Made by a program: the position numbers and the translations under genes
In this document: positions 12,711-25,567 of the stretch, piece after piece
Position numbering within the stretch: position 1 is the first letter of the stretch
How the letters are laid out: each line of letters starts with the position of its first letter
Source of the DNA: Haliotis cracherodii
Lineage: Eukaryota
Assembly: GCF_022045235.1 (NCBI RefSeq)
Contig: NW_027266319.1
Location: forward strand, 41,106,001-41,170,000
Length of the DNA stretch: 64,000 nt
Reading direction: 5' to 3'
Notes under the pieces: model-generated
Database searches by the model: none
Told to the model about the DNA's origin: nothing
Seen by the model: the letters and a program-made list of their open reading frames with translations, nothing else

Positions 12711-13426
12711 TTGAGTCTTGGTCAGGCACAGCAACGGTTAGAGTCAGTAAGGTCACCCGACCAATTCAGCTCCTATTTAGCAACCATTGGTACTGGACAT
12801 TGAATACCCGGAATGCCTAATGTCTTTTCAAATAATATATGTCCAGGATATTCTGGAACCATTCTCTTTTCAAATCCCAGGATCTTGCTCTACACTGATG
12901 ACATTCAATGTATGCTGAAAACAGGTGTATAGATATATAGGGCAAATGATAGTAGTAACACCTGCCGCCATCGAGGACACAAAAGACATAAACCTAAGCA
13001 TTTGAAACTAGGCTATCGACAAGAAATCAATATCACATCGTTTGAAAATGAAATGATATGAAAATATCACTGTTTTGTTTTATACTTTAGTGTGAAAGAC
13101 TGAGATTTGTAAGGTTCAGAAAAGTGATTTTCACAGCAGTGACAGAAAAGTGATATGCTCACTGACAATTACACTTTGCCGGAACTAGCGGTAAGGAAGA
13201 ACCCGCAAGTGCGCCTGTATCACGCGGCAGTAGCCGGTCTTCGGAACGCTTACATGTCTTTGTTGACAATGGACATAATTTACATTCGGTTAAAGATTCT
13301 TCTTCCGGCAATTTGTTTGAAACTCGTCCTAAGCGATCGCGCCTCCCTGAATTAATTAATTCAGGTGTGAAATACAGTCTCAGCAGGAGGTAAATGAAAT
13401 AAAATTAATTCAAGTATTTTGTAAAG

Positions 13427-13427
<1 letters not shown>

Positions 13428-13468
<41 letters not shown>
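13428..13468. repeat. (TTA)n microsatellite
   Basis: Directly visible. Confidence 0.9.
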
Positions 13469-13469
<1 letters not shown>

Positions 13470-13659
13470 TACATTGGCACTATCTCTTGTTTTCGTGCAG
13501 GTGTTGTGTACACAGATCAATGTCAAAGGTAGGGAGTATTAATTAAAAAACTCACTGTTAACAGTTAACTGTTATATAATAAATATATGATCTTTCATGT
13601 GTCACTCGTGAAAATATCTTTGTCTTCCGAGTCACGAGATGAGAGATACGCCATATTTC

Positions 13660-16600
13660 ACAACCCCAGGTCCCTACAACCAGCACTGATCACCACCCCA
13701 AGCCCTCACAAGCAACATTCCGCACCACCCGAGGCCCCCAGCTCCAAACAAACAACGCTCCACACCACCCCAGGTCCCTACAACCAGCACTGATCACCAC
13801 CCCAGGTCCTCACAACCAGCACTGATCACCACCTCAAGTCCTCACAACCAGCACTGAACACCATCCCAGGTCCTCACAACCAGCACTGATCACCACCCCA
13901 GGTCCTCACAACCAGCACTGATCACCACCTCAAGTCCTCACAACCAGCACTGATCACCATCCCAGGTCCTCACAACCAGCACTGATCACCACCCCAGGTC
14001 CTCACAACCAGCACTGATCACCACCTCAAGTCCTCACAACCAGCACTGAACACCACTCCAGGCCCTCACAACCAGCACTGAACACCACCCCAGGTCCTCA
14101 CCACCAGCACTGAACACCACCCCAGGCCTTCACAACCAGCACTGAACACCACCCCAGGTCCTCACAACCAGCACTGATCACCACCCAAGGTCCTCACCAC
14201 CAGCACTGAACACCACCCCAGGCCTTCACAACCAGCACTGAACACCACCCCAGGCCCTCACAACCAGCACTGAACACCACCCCAGGCCTTCACAACCAGC
14301 ACTGATCACCACCTCAGGTCATCACAACCAGCACTCTTCACCACCTCAGGTCATCACAACCAGCACTCTTCACCACCTAAGGTCCCTACAACCAGCACTC
14401 CTCACCACCCCAGGTCCTTGCAACCAGCACTCCGCACCACCCCAGGTCCTTACAACCAGCACTGAACACCACCCCAGGCCCTCACAACCAGCACTGATCA
14501 CCACCCCAGGTCCTCACAGCCAGCACTCATCACCACCCGAGGTCCTCACAACCAGCACTGATCACCACCCTAGACTCTCACAACCAGCACTGATCACCAC
14601 CCAAGTTCCTCACAACCAGCACTGATCACCACCCCAGGTCCCCACAACCAGCACTCCTCACCAGCCCAGGTCTCCACAACCAGCACTCCTCCCCACCCCA
14701 GGTCCCCACAACCAGCACTCCGCACCACCCCAGGTCCTTACAACCAGCACTCCTCACCACCCCAGGCCCTCACAACCAGCACTGATCACCACCCCAGGTC
14801 CTCACAACCAGCACTCCGCACCACCCCAGGTCCTCACAACCAGCACTCCTCCCCACCCCAGGTCCTCACAGCCAGCACTGATCACCACCCCAGGTCCCCA
14901 CAACCAGCACTCCTCACCAGCCCAGGTCTCCACAACCAGCACTGATCACCACCTCAAGTCCTCACAACCAGCACTGAACACCACCCCAGGTCCCCACAAC
15001 CAGCACTCCTCACCAGCCCAGGTCTCCACAACCAGCACTGATCACCACCCCAGGTCCTCACAACCAGCACTGATCACAACCCCAGGTCCTCACCACCAGC
15101 ACTGAACACCACCCCAGGCCTTCACAACCAGCACTGAACACCACCCCAGGCCCTCACAACCAGCACTGATCACCACCCAAGGTCCTCACCACCAGCACTG
15201 AACACTACCCCAGGCCTTCACAACCAGCACTGAACACCACCCCAGGCCCTCACAACCAGCACTGAACACCACCCCAGGCCTTCACAACCAGCACTGATCA
15301 CCACCTCAGGTCATCACAACCAGCACTCTTCACCACCTCAGGTCATCACAACCAGCACTCTTCACCACCTAAGGTCCCTACAACCAGCACTCCTCATCAC
15401 CCCAGGTCCTTGCAACCAGCACTCCGCACCACCCCAGGTCCTTACAACCAGCACTGAACACCACCCCAGGCCCTCACAACCAGCACTGATCACCACCCCA
15501 GGTCCTCACAGCCAGCACTCATCACCACCCGAGGTCCTCACGACCAGCACTGATCACCACCCCAGGCTCTCACAACCAGCACTGATCACCACCCAAGGTC
15601 CTCACAACCAGCACTGATCACCACCCCAGGTCCCCACAACCAGCACTCCTCACCAGCCCAGGTCTCCACAACCAGCACTCCTCCCCACCCCAGGTCCCCA
15701 CAGCCAGCACTCCTCACCACCCCAGGTCCCCACAACCAGCACTCCGCACCACCCCAGGTCCTTAAAACCAGTACTCCTCACCACCCCAGGCCCTCACAAC
15801 CAGCACTGATCACCACCCCAGGTCCTCACAACCAGCACTCATCACCACCCCAGGTCCTCACAACCAGCACTCCTCCCCACCCCAGGTCCTCACAGCCAGC
15901 ACTGATCACCACCCCAGGTCCCCACAGCCAGCACTCCTCACCAGCCCAGGTCTCCACAACCAGCACTGATCACCACCCCAGGCCCTCACAACCAGCACTG
16001 AACACCACCCTAGGTCCTCACAACCAGCACTGATTCTACCCCAGGTCATCACAACCAGCACTGAACACCACCCCAGGGCCTCACAACCAGCACTCATCAC
16101 CACCCCATGTCCTCCTCACAACCAGCACTCATCACCACCCCAGGTCCTCACAACCAGCACTGATCACCACCCAAGGTCCTCACAACCAGTACTTAACACC
16201 ACCCCAGGTCCTCACAGCCAGCACTCATCACCACCCCAGGTCCCCACAACCATCATTCCTCGGCACCCCGGGCCCTCACAACCAGCACTCATCACCACCC
16301 CAGGACCCCTCAACCATCATTCCTCGGCACCCCAGGCCCTCACAACCATCATTCCTCGGCACCCTGGGCCCTCACAACCAGCACTCATCACCACCCCAGG
16401 CCCTCACAACCATCATTCCTCGGCACCCCGGGCCCTCACAACCAGCACTCATCACCACCCCAGGACCCCTCAACCATCATTCCTCGGCACCCCAGGCCCT
16501 CACAACCATCATTCCTCGGCACCCCGGGCCCTCACAACCAGCACTCATCACCACCCCAGGCCCTCACAACCATCATTCCTCGGCACCCCGGGCCCTCACA

Positions 16601-16820
16601 ACCAGCACTCATCACCACCCCAGGACCCCACAACCATCATTCCTCGGCACCCCAGGCCCTCACAACCATCATTCCTCGGCACCCCAGTCCCTCACAACCA
16701 GCACTCATCACCACCCCAGGCCCTCACAACCATCATTCCTCGGCACCCCAGTCCCTCACAACCAGCACTCATCACCACCCCAGGTCCCCACAACCATCAT
16801 TCCTCGGCACCCCAGGCCCA
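13660..16820. repeat. 32-bp C-rich satellite array (~98 monomers) with higher-order repeats
   Basis: Unit CAACCAGCACTGATCACCACCCCAGGTCCTCA (period 32: 13781, 13813...); 992-bp and 160-bp superperiods. Confidence 0.97.
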
Positions 16821-19350
16821 CACAGTCAGCATAGTTTTAAATATATCTGTTTTTGTAGCTGTACATGGAAAATACGCAAGTATATTCAGTGTTGTTGCCC
16901 TGCTACTTCATGATATATTATCACCTTATTTTACTAGAAATATCCAAATACTAAGTAATCGCAACAATAACAGCAATACTTTTGATAATTAAGCTGGTTT
17001 TGCTAGCGAATCGAGATGTCAGGCACACAGACAGCCCTGACAGACAGCCCACGTGTTGAGGTGTAAGGGAGATAACTCTCTCAGCACTTAGTGCAGATGA
17101 GCGGACGTGTTTGACCCCAATCATTGATCAGACACCTGTTTGATGGTGCATAGAAAATTCCCGATAAACGACGAAATAAAAAAGAAAACCATAACCCATT
17201 TGAGTGTTGAGCCCGATAGATGCATTAGCGGTTAAGTCGAAGTACGTTCAGGGGATGACGGGTATGACATAACACATTTGTGGAGGTGTATGCCAGCAGA
17301 GACCATATAATCTATTATATGGTCTCTGATGCCAGTTTTAACATCATTTTAGTATCACTGCAATCAACGTCCAAGAAATTGAACATATATTTTGATATAC
17401 ATTTGCATGTATCCTCAATAGTTGTAGCTGTAAGAGTGGATGCAGGTGGGCTGAACAGATGTGCGATGTTGTCCACAGGGGCGTATAACGCTAAACATAG
17501 CAACAATAAATTGCCGTCACGCGGTTACAATATGCTTGTTTTCTGCATGTTTATAATGCCAACGACCCCGTACTCGTCAGTGAACCCGCCCACAAATAGC
17601 TGTGCACCAGCGTGTTTAAAATCTCGACTGACGCGCAGGTCAAGTACGGTTGTGACTGTAAATAGAATATGAGCAAGTATGGAATAAGGGCATGATTTTA
17701 CAGTCTCTTTACCTTTCGGAAAATCCGAATCAGCCCCCCAAAACGTTAACATGAATGCAATGCCTCTTAATCCTTTTAATTAATTAATTAATTAATTAAT
17801 TGATTATATATATATATATATATATATAACGTCATTCCTATCTCGACCCGCCCTGCTAACCTGTCAAGCACGAACTGGCATTTGAGTTATAAAAATGCTG
17901 TTTAAAGTCCACATAGAACAATACATATGGTGCGAAGTCCGTCTTTCATTTATGGAATCTTTCAGGATACGCCAGGTTTAATATATATATATAAGCAAGT
18001 GATTTCGTCAGGTGTCTTGTCGTGCTTGTCAAAACTCCTTTATCCACACAAATCTTTCGCCTTTCAACGGCTCTTCGGGTATATATATTAAAGCCGACGC
18101 ATGGGTAAATTAATAGCATTTTTTAAATATACCACACATAAGTATACCGCTTATAAGTAATTATGACGATTGGTGTACCACAAATCATACACGCAAAGAT
18201 GTTCAAACGATTTAATTCGACACATGTCCGATAGATGTCCATAAAAAGGAAGCGACTATATGTCAACATTAATTACAGATATTCTTAATGGAAAATTAAT
18301 GTAATAAGTATCAGGGGTTTAAACAAACTAAATGGGTGACGTACATATATTCTGACTTATTTAACCTGTAAGTGACTGTATTATTTCCACACATTTCCTT
18401 CAGTGAAATGCCAACTATACCAAAGCTGTTGTATTTTATATCCAGCTTATAAATTAATGTTGAATTCAGCTACATGTCTTTACTTGAGTACAGACATAAT
18501 CGAGACTTGACCAGGCCAAAAAAAACCCCCAAAACACGCGCTTGGGGATCGAAAGAACCACGGACCTTTGCTGGTCGAAAGAGGCGACCAAATGGGTCAG
18601 GTGGCTTGGTTCTGTGGCTTGTTAACTGCATGTCATCGTACCCCGACGAAGTGGCACGTTGCTGTCAAATATCGATCACTGGAATGTCTGGTGTCCAGAA
18701 TTATTTATAGGCTCGAATCGTTGAGCTGGAATATTACTCAGGGCGGCGTTAAAAATCAATAAAAAATCGTCACGTATACTGAAAACGTCTTACTTTATCT
18801 ATCACTTGGAAGGGGTTGTATCCATACAAACATATCGTGTTGCGTTGCTACAACAGCACGTGTCTCAACTCTCGTACCACTTAGGGTTTAACAGTTGTAT
18901 TGCACCGACGACCTTGATCGTAAGTCTCGCCGACGTTGTCACATTCTCAGAGTAATCCCTGTCCCGTAGCTCGCCTAACGAACTAGACCTCTGAGACTTA
19001 GAGAGGGACACGAGCGTATTTTCAGCTTAAGTTAGGACGTCATTTCACAAACCTTTAGGGAGCCATTTTCAGCAGAAATATTTTCTGGAAACGATTTGGT
19101 AGAGCATTTTTTTTAAAGAGAGAAACTGACGAAAGTCAACTTTGTTGATTTATGGTATTTTAAGATTCTTGTGATTTCTAAGTTGTTGTAATTCGGTTGA
19201 TCAGTGTCCTAAGCTGTCGCAGTTCGCTTGGTGTAGACCACAATCAGATCAACATCATTCGTTCGTGGAGCCCAATCCTAGATTCCTTCTCATTAAGATA
19301 GATTCTTGGGGTGCCATTCGCGTACAACTCGTGTCGTATCCGCTGTGTAC

Positions 19351-19575
19351 ATATCGCGTTGGGATGCGCTAAGTTCATATCGCGTCAGGATGCGCTAGGT
19401 TCAGATCGCGTCAGGATGCGTCAAGTTCATCTCGCGTCAGGATGCGCTAGGTTCATATCGCGTCAGGATGCGCTAGGTTCATATCGCGTCAGGATGCGTT
19501 AAGTTCATATCGCGTCAGGATGCGCTAGGTTCATATCGCGTCAGGATGCGCCAGGTTCATATCGTGTCAGGGTGT
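19351..19575. repeat. 26-bp CpG-rich minisatellite ATATCGCGTCAGGATGCGCTAGGTTC (~8.5 copies)
   Basis: Directly visible, period 26. Confidence 0.92.
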
Positions 19576-20183
19576 ATAACCCGATATAGTTTCACGACGA
19601 TATAGTTTCACTGAAAGCCTTTTTTTAGGCACATGGTATATCACAACAGCAACATCACATCACTGTGTGGGAAAGTTGGTACTACTTCATCCTTTTCATT
19701 TAAAATCATATATTTTTGCTTACTAAACGATACACCTTTTATTCGACACGTTATACAAACGTCAAACATCAGCTCCACATTATAAATAACTGCATACAAG
19801 AATATGATGCACAAACAGTTTATTAAAATGTGGACATCGGTTTAAAGACTCTCGACATTTACAGGATATTGTGTATGGAAACACAACCAGGCCACAAAAT
19901 GTGATTATCAATAAAAATACAAACATGATTAGCAGTTTCATTAGACAAAACAAACACTGGAAGTATAAATATGTCCGTTTAACCAATTCTTGTCGCATTA
20001 GCTATAAAAGTGACAGCGCCACTAGGCCGCTGGTCCGAGACTAGTAAATAGTTGAAGGGACCAGTATATTGTTTTCGCAATGTAACAATGTGGCAAAAAC
20101 TAATCTGGAATTAATTTTCAACAACTCGGGTGTAACTCATGGCGCATGCCTCTCCTTTAACTATAGTTGCCAAGGAAACCGTT

Positions 20184-22468
20184 TCATTTCTTCCCGAATG
20201 CATGGAACAGCATCCCACATGCCTCACAACATGGGTCCAGGGCGCAGTGCACACACATGCCGTATAGCTTCTTCAGGCAGCCACAGTTGAGCTCCAGTAC
20301 CTTGAAGCAGGGCGTGATGATCCAGATGTGAATGAAAGAGATCTTGGCAAACTCACAGCCCCACTGCATAGCAATACAGATGCCACACAACAGTGTGAGG
20401 ACCTTGTACAGACAGCCTTCACAGAAGTTGAAGCATGTGTAGGATGCGCTCCATACACAGTTGATGCTTTGAGCTCCCTCTGGCTCGGCCAAGACATCTT
20501 CAAACTCCACCTGAAGGATACGTATGATGTTTTAATTCAAAGACCGGGACCATTACATTCATTATTGTATTCAAAGTACTTTTTTCCATTCTTCCTGTTT
20601 CATATTACATGAAAAAACGAAATTTAAATGGATTGTTACAATTTTCTACCGACATTTAAAAAACACTCTCCTAGAAAAAAACCACTTTTCTATAAAAAAA
20701 AAACCCACACTTTTCTATAAAAAGACTTTTCTATGAAATGGTCGGTAATGAGTAAAATGAATTTGGGGAATACCACTACTGAATTAAAAATACTACAACA
20801 ACCTCTTCCATACGTTCAGCGACTATATGCATGGGGAAAGCGCATGACGTAATTTAGAACATACTTTAGAATGTCTGAAACTACAGCCCCTGGTGTCGTT
20901 GAAAGGGTTAAAATGCATGTCTGAAAGCACTCTTACAATGAGTATCAACTCTTATTTTTTTTATGGAAGCGTTTTAGTGCCACCCATCTGAACAAGATAT
21001 AATCTTCGTAGATGATTCTTACATCTACGTTGATGATAGTTTCATCTACGGAGATGATACTACTCACATATAAGGTAGAAGATACATGCATCTACGTATA
21101 TATTATTACAATCTACGTAAGTATGATCTACCATCTATGGAAGCGTATTAGCGCCACAGTCTGAAAACAATTAAAATATATACTTTCATCTACGTATGTG
21201 ATATTTTTAACGTACGTATCGTTACTCAGACAGTGATATTGTCTTGTGAAGTGGATATATTGGATGCTAGTTAATACAAACATGTATATTTGAAATTAAG
21301 GTAATTTTTTAATTACTGATAATTTTATTAAATGTTTGGGGGCATGTTGGTCGTTTATTTTCATATTTTAATAACATACTGAGATCATTTCAAACTGCAA
21401 AACTATCAGCGCTAAAATAAAAACACAAACTGCATAATTCCTTCATAGGGTGATGACGAGAAATGGTTTGATATAGATGTTTTTATAGTCTGAATGATCC
21501 AGCCCCTTCATATTAATCTTTCACCTCTTAAACCTAATTTCCGTAATTGAGAAATCATGAGAATCAACATTTTTTTAGCGAATATGTTGTGGTTGATACA
21601 TAATTTCGCAAAAAGATTGAATTATGACCTGCAGAGTGTTTGTTTGTTTGTAGTTTGGAGAACATTTCGTGCTCTCCCCTCTTTGTTACGGTTACAAGAG
21701 TGAGTATGGTTTTACGCCGCTTTTAGCAATGTTCCAGCAATATCACGGCGGGGGCTTCACACATTGTACCCATGTCGTGAATCAGACCGGGGTCTTCTAC
21801 GTGACGAGCGAACGCCATAACCACTAGGCTACCCGACCACCCCTACGGTTGTAAGAGGGTGCGGCGTGTCATTCTTCAGTAACTTCGATACATGGAAATG
21901 AAGATTGACATTATTTATTCTTTAGATAGTACCTCAATAAATATATGTCAAGGTAGAAAGTCAAACAAATTATTATCATTATTAATTAAGCAAGGGGTTA
22001 TAGATACCCGGAACTAGCGTCGGTTACTCGAGAAAATATTGTTTCAAAAGTACGCTAATTAGAGAATAGATGATACTTTCTTCTATGAAGATTATAATAT
22101 CATATACGTCGATGGAAGTATCGTCTACGTCAAAGTCAGTAGTGTGATCTATGTAGATGGAAGTATAATGTATTAGATGATATTTATTGAGACTGTGACT
22201 ATAATACACGAAAGTGCGACATAGGAAAAAGTGCGACATTGTTTCTTCTAGGATTCAGTATATACTTGAGTAATATTATATTTAATATTCATTTAAATAC
22301 AAATATCAAGTCTTTTTTAAATCTTTGAACCATTAAGGAACGGGTGGGGGACCTGCTCTACCATATTAGTTACATCCTTTAGCTAAGATTAAGTGTACAC
22401 AATATTTGGCCTACAGTTACCTTTAAATGGTCGTTGATGTTATTTGGGTCTCTGTTCACTAGATCCAT
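20184..22468 (-). CDS. Caveolin-family protein B (124 aa), join(22468-22421, 20510-20184)
   Basis: Exon 1 MDLVNRDPNNINDHLK|gtaact; acceptor cttcag|; exon 2 VEFEDVLAEPEGAQSINCVW...DPCCEACGMLFHAFGKK*; phase-0 intron of 1910 nt. Confidence 0.95.
21698..21843 (-). mobile_element. SINE family 1 in caveolin B intron
   Basis: Consensus match; TSD-like TACGGTT(AC/GT)AAGAG. Confidence 0.85.
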
Positions 22469-23998
22469 GGCTGAAGTTTTCGTTACTGCTTCCCGTCATA
22501 AATGAATAGATTCACTTCTCGAAGTCATATGTACAGGTATTTCAACACCTGTCACACATATTATGCCATGTCTGGCTAAACGAGTTCTGACAAGTCGAGC
22601 GATTAAGGCGGAACGATATCAATATTAACGATTTATTTGCGACAAAGTAATCCACATTGGTGGCATTTTGTGGACAGGATAAGTTACTAATCAATATATT
22701 ATCAAGTTCGATCATGAGCTGGACGGTAGAGGTGAGGTGAGGTGAAATTGGGTTTAACATCGCGTCCAAGATTATTGCACTTATATATTGTTAAAACGTG
22801 TTTCTTAACGTCTCCACGCCCCCAAATATATACTTCCTAGAATGTAGCTATCGTTGAGGTGTACGTTTACAATACCGTGGTGTTGCATTCGAACGCATCA
22901 TCTTAACAATGCAAAATCACATCATGCATGAATAGCACGTGATGGACCAATAGGTGAAGTGAAATGGGGTTAAATGTCGCGTCCAAGATGATTGCACTTT
23001 TATAGCGACGTGCATGTCCTTGTTTAGACCCTAAATGCCGAGCGCCTTGATTATGACTTTGGGCTTGCCTCCCGTATCCGGGCTGACATGCCGTGATATA
23101 ACTGGAAAACCGTTCAACCAATCACTCACCCACTCACTCACACGTACATTCTAATCGATGAATATATAATGTATAATAAATTCTTTCAGATTCTTTTAAG
23201 CCAGTGGACTATATTTTAAGGGTGCATTTTAGGACACGTTTTGGGCTGTATATGCGCTGCGTCACATTAATGACGTGGGCACGGGTTCTCGTCACGATCT
23301 GTTTAGATTGAACGGTTACGTTAGCGGAGGTTAAACTTGCGATTTTTCTTAAATGTACCTGCATTCTGAAATATGTTCCTTTGTATGAAATTTAAATCGC
23401 ACGAACAAAATGTAAAAGTCCTGCACCTTTAATACACTTCAAGGAAATATATAACAAATGATTGGATAGCTGGTTACCTATGGTGTTGCCCCTCAACTCA
23501 GGGTAGTAACGCTTGATCTCGCGGACCCGCGAGATATCGATTACACATACGTACAACACACACGGCAGTGACTGTCAAGTAAAATAGACTAACATATAAA
23601 TACACTGCGATAACCACTGCCAAGGACAGATAACAAATTGGACAGGAAATTTGACAACACTATGTTGTCAACGTGAGTTTCCACCCATGTTGCAACATTC
23701 AAGTCATAAAAAACAATTTAAACAAATCCCGGGTCAGCAATGTACTCGTGTCACTGCGTTGGTGTGTGTTTCCATTGATGTTGCAACACTCAAGTCATCA
23801 AATCAATTTAAACAAATCTCACTTTGTAATTACTTAAATACAGTTCAAAGCAGGGTTCAACCTAAAGCACTTGCCTGTGTCTACAACACGGCGTTAATAT
23901 AATTCTACTCAAAGTTTTCTAAGGATCAAGTTTGCATCTACAGGAAATCGGCAATGTTGTTACTGAAGAGTGGAACAATCTTCTCTTGGCAACTATCC

Positions 23999-24163
23999 AG
24001 AGTGAGTGAGTATTGTTTTACGCCGCTTTTAGCAATATTCCTACAACATCACGGCGGGGGACACCAGAAGTAGACTTAACACATTGTACCCATGTGGGAA
24101 ATCGAACACGTGTTTTCTGCGTGACGAGCGAATGCTTTAACCACAAGGCTACCCCACCGCCCC
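23999..24163 (-). mobile_element. SINE family 1
   Basis: Consensus match; TSD GCAACTAT. Confidence 0.85.
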
Positions 24164-24248
24164 TGCAACTATGCAGACACTTATTGGGAGCAGGAGACGG
24201 CGGAGCCAGGCTGTGATCACATCATGTGGATCGCATACGCGCTTCTGT

Positions 24249-24612
24249 GAGTTGTTTTTTTGGACAATGTATTTTATTTTCGTGATTTTTTGACGTTTCA
24301 GTTTTTGTCAGATACTTTCATTTTGACGGGTGATCTGACTGATTATTAGTCAGATGTTGTGTTGTCAGATGTTGAGTTGTTTTTATGGACAATGTATTTT
24401 ATTTTCGTGTTTTTTTGTCGTTTCAGTTTTTGTCAGATACTTTCATTTTGCCGGGTGATCTGACTGATTATTAGTCAGATGTTGTGTTGTCAGATGTTGA
24501 GTTGTTTTTATGGACAACGTATTTTATTTTCGTGATTTTTTGTCGTTTCAGTTTTTGTCAGATACTTTCATTTTGCCGGGTGATCTGACTGATTATTAGT
24601 CAGATGTTGTTT
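24249..24612. repeat. 125-bp tandem triplication
   Basis: GAGTTGTTTTT..GGACAA.GTATTTTATTTTCGTG units start at 24249, 24374, 24499. Confidence 0.9.
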
Positions 24613-25495
24613 GTTGGTATTGTGTGGTACACGACAACGGACTTTTGTTCATTAAACATGTCTTCATGCTATATTGTGGATATATCAATCTTTATTTCAA
24701 GTAGTGAAAAGGCCATAGGCCTATAGTACATATATACATACAGTAGCAATGGGTGCAATAGGAATTACATATATCGTAACTAAATATCACATCTATAATG
24801 CAGAGGATCTGATGTTCATTGCATGGTATATATACTTTGAAAGATATTTTGTGACTGTTTCATTTTGAGATGACATGGGGATATAAAATTTGTCTATTCT
24901 AGGATTCAGATAAAAATATTCTGATATTTGCATGCAATGGACTAGCAAAAAATGCTTTCATCTTCTATCTCTTGGCAAGTACAATATGTACACAATCTGT
25001 TTTCCCTTGATATCGCTAAATGTCTACCTTTTTCTATTGGATGGTCATGAAAACTACATCTGTAGTCTTTGGCTATTTCTAAAGATGCACACAATTTGAC
25101 GTATTACCTTTAAATGTGGCGATCCTTAGCAAACTTTGATTAGTATAAACCATGTTCTGTGCTGAACACTTCAATTGTTTGTTTACATTTGTGGGTTGTT
25201 GGTGATGGCTGCTAGCAGTAACGTCGATCTTTCCCTCCTGTCTAACCTTTCGTCATATTGAGAAACAGTAACATATTAAAAGTATTATAACTTAAATGTT
25301 TCATCTCTTGAACATTGTTATTACAATAGTCGGATTCAAAATTGTATTTTCTCAGTTTAATCCCACCAGAAATGGAGAGTAAACCATTACCAAGAAAACC
25401 ATTATAAAAGCAGGCATTGGTGTCATTGACGAACAACAATCTGAAGAAAGGGGTAGATGGATAGTTCTTGAAAAATCTAAGCTTAAAAAGATGTA

Positions 25496-25567
25496 CTGCC
25501 CGGCCGGGAATTGAACCCGGGTCTCCCGCGTGACAGGCGGGGATACTGACCAGTATACTACCGAGGA
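25496..25567 (-). tRNA. tRNA-Asp(GTC), variant or possible pseudogene
   Basis: 72 nt TCCTCGGTAGTATACTGGTCAGTATCCCCGCCTGTCACGCGGGAGACCCGGGTTCAATTCCCGGCCGGGCAG; cloverleaf with GTC anticodon; T5 Pol III terminator at 25489-25485; C2:C71 mismatch and G15C. Confidence 0.88.

Noticed and set aside
13660-16820. Possible CRISPR-like array (32-bp periodicity)
   Set aside because: No unique spacers, pure tandem monomers, eukaryotic context, no cas genes
25100-25130. Minus-strand CCACATTTAAAG|GTAAT resembling the end of caveolin exon 1 (HLK|gt)
   Set aside because: No NRDPNNIND upstream and no orphan exon 2; probably chance
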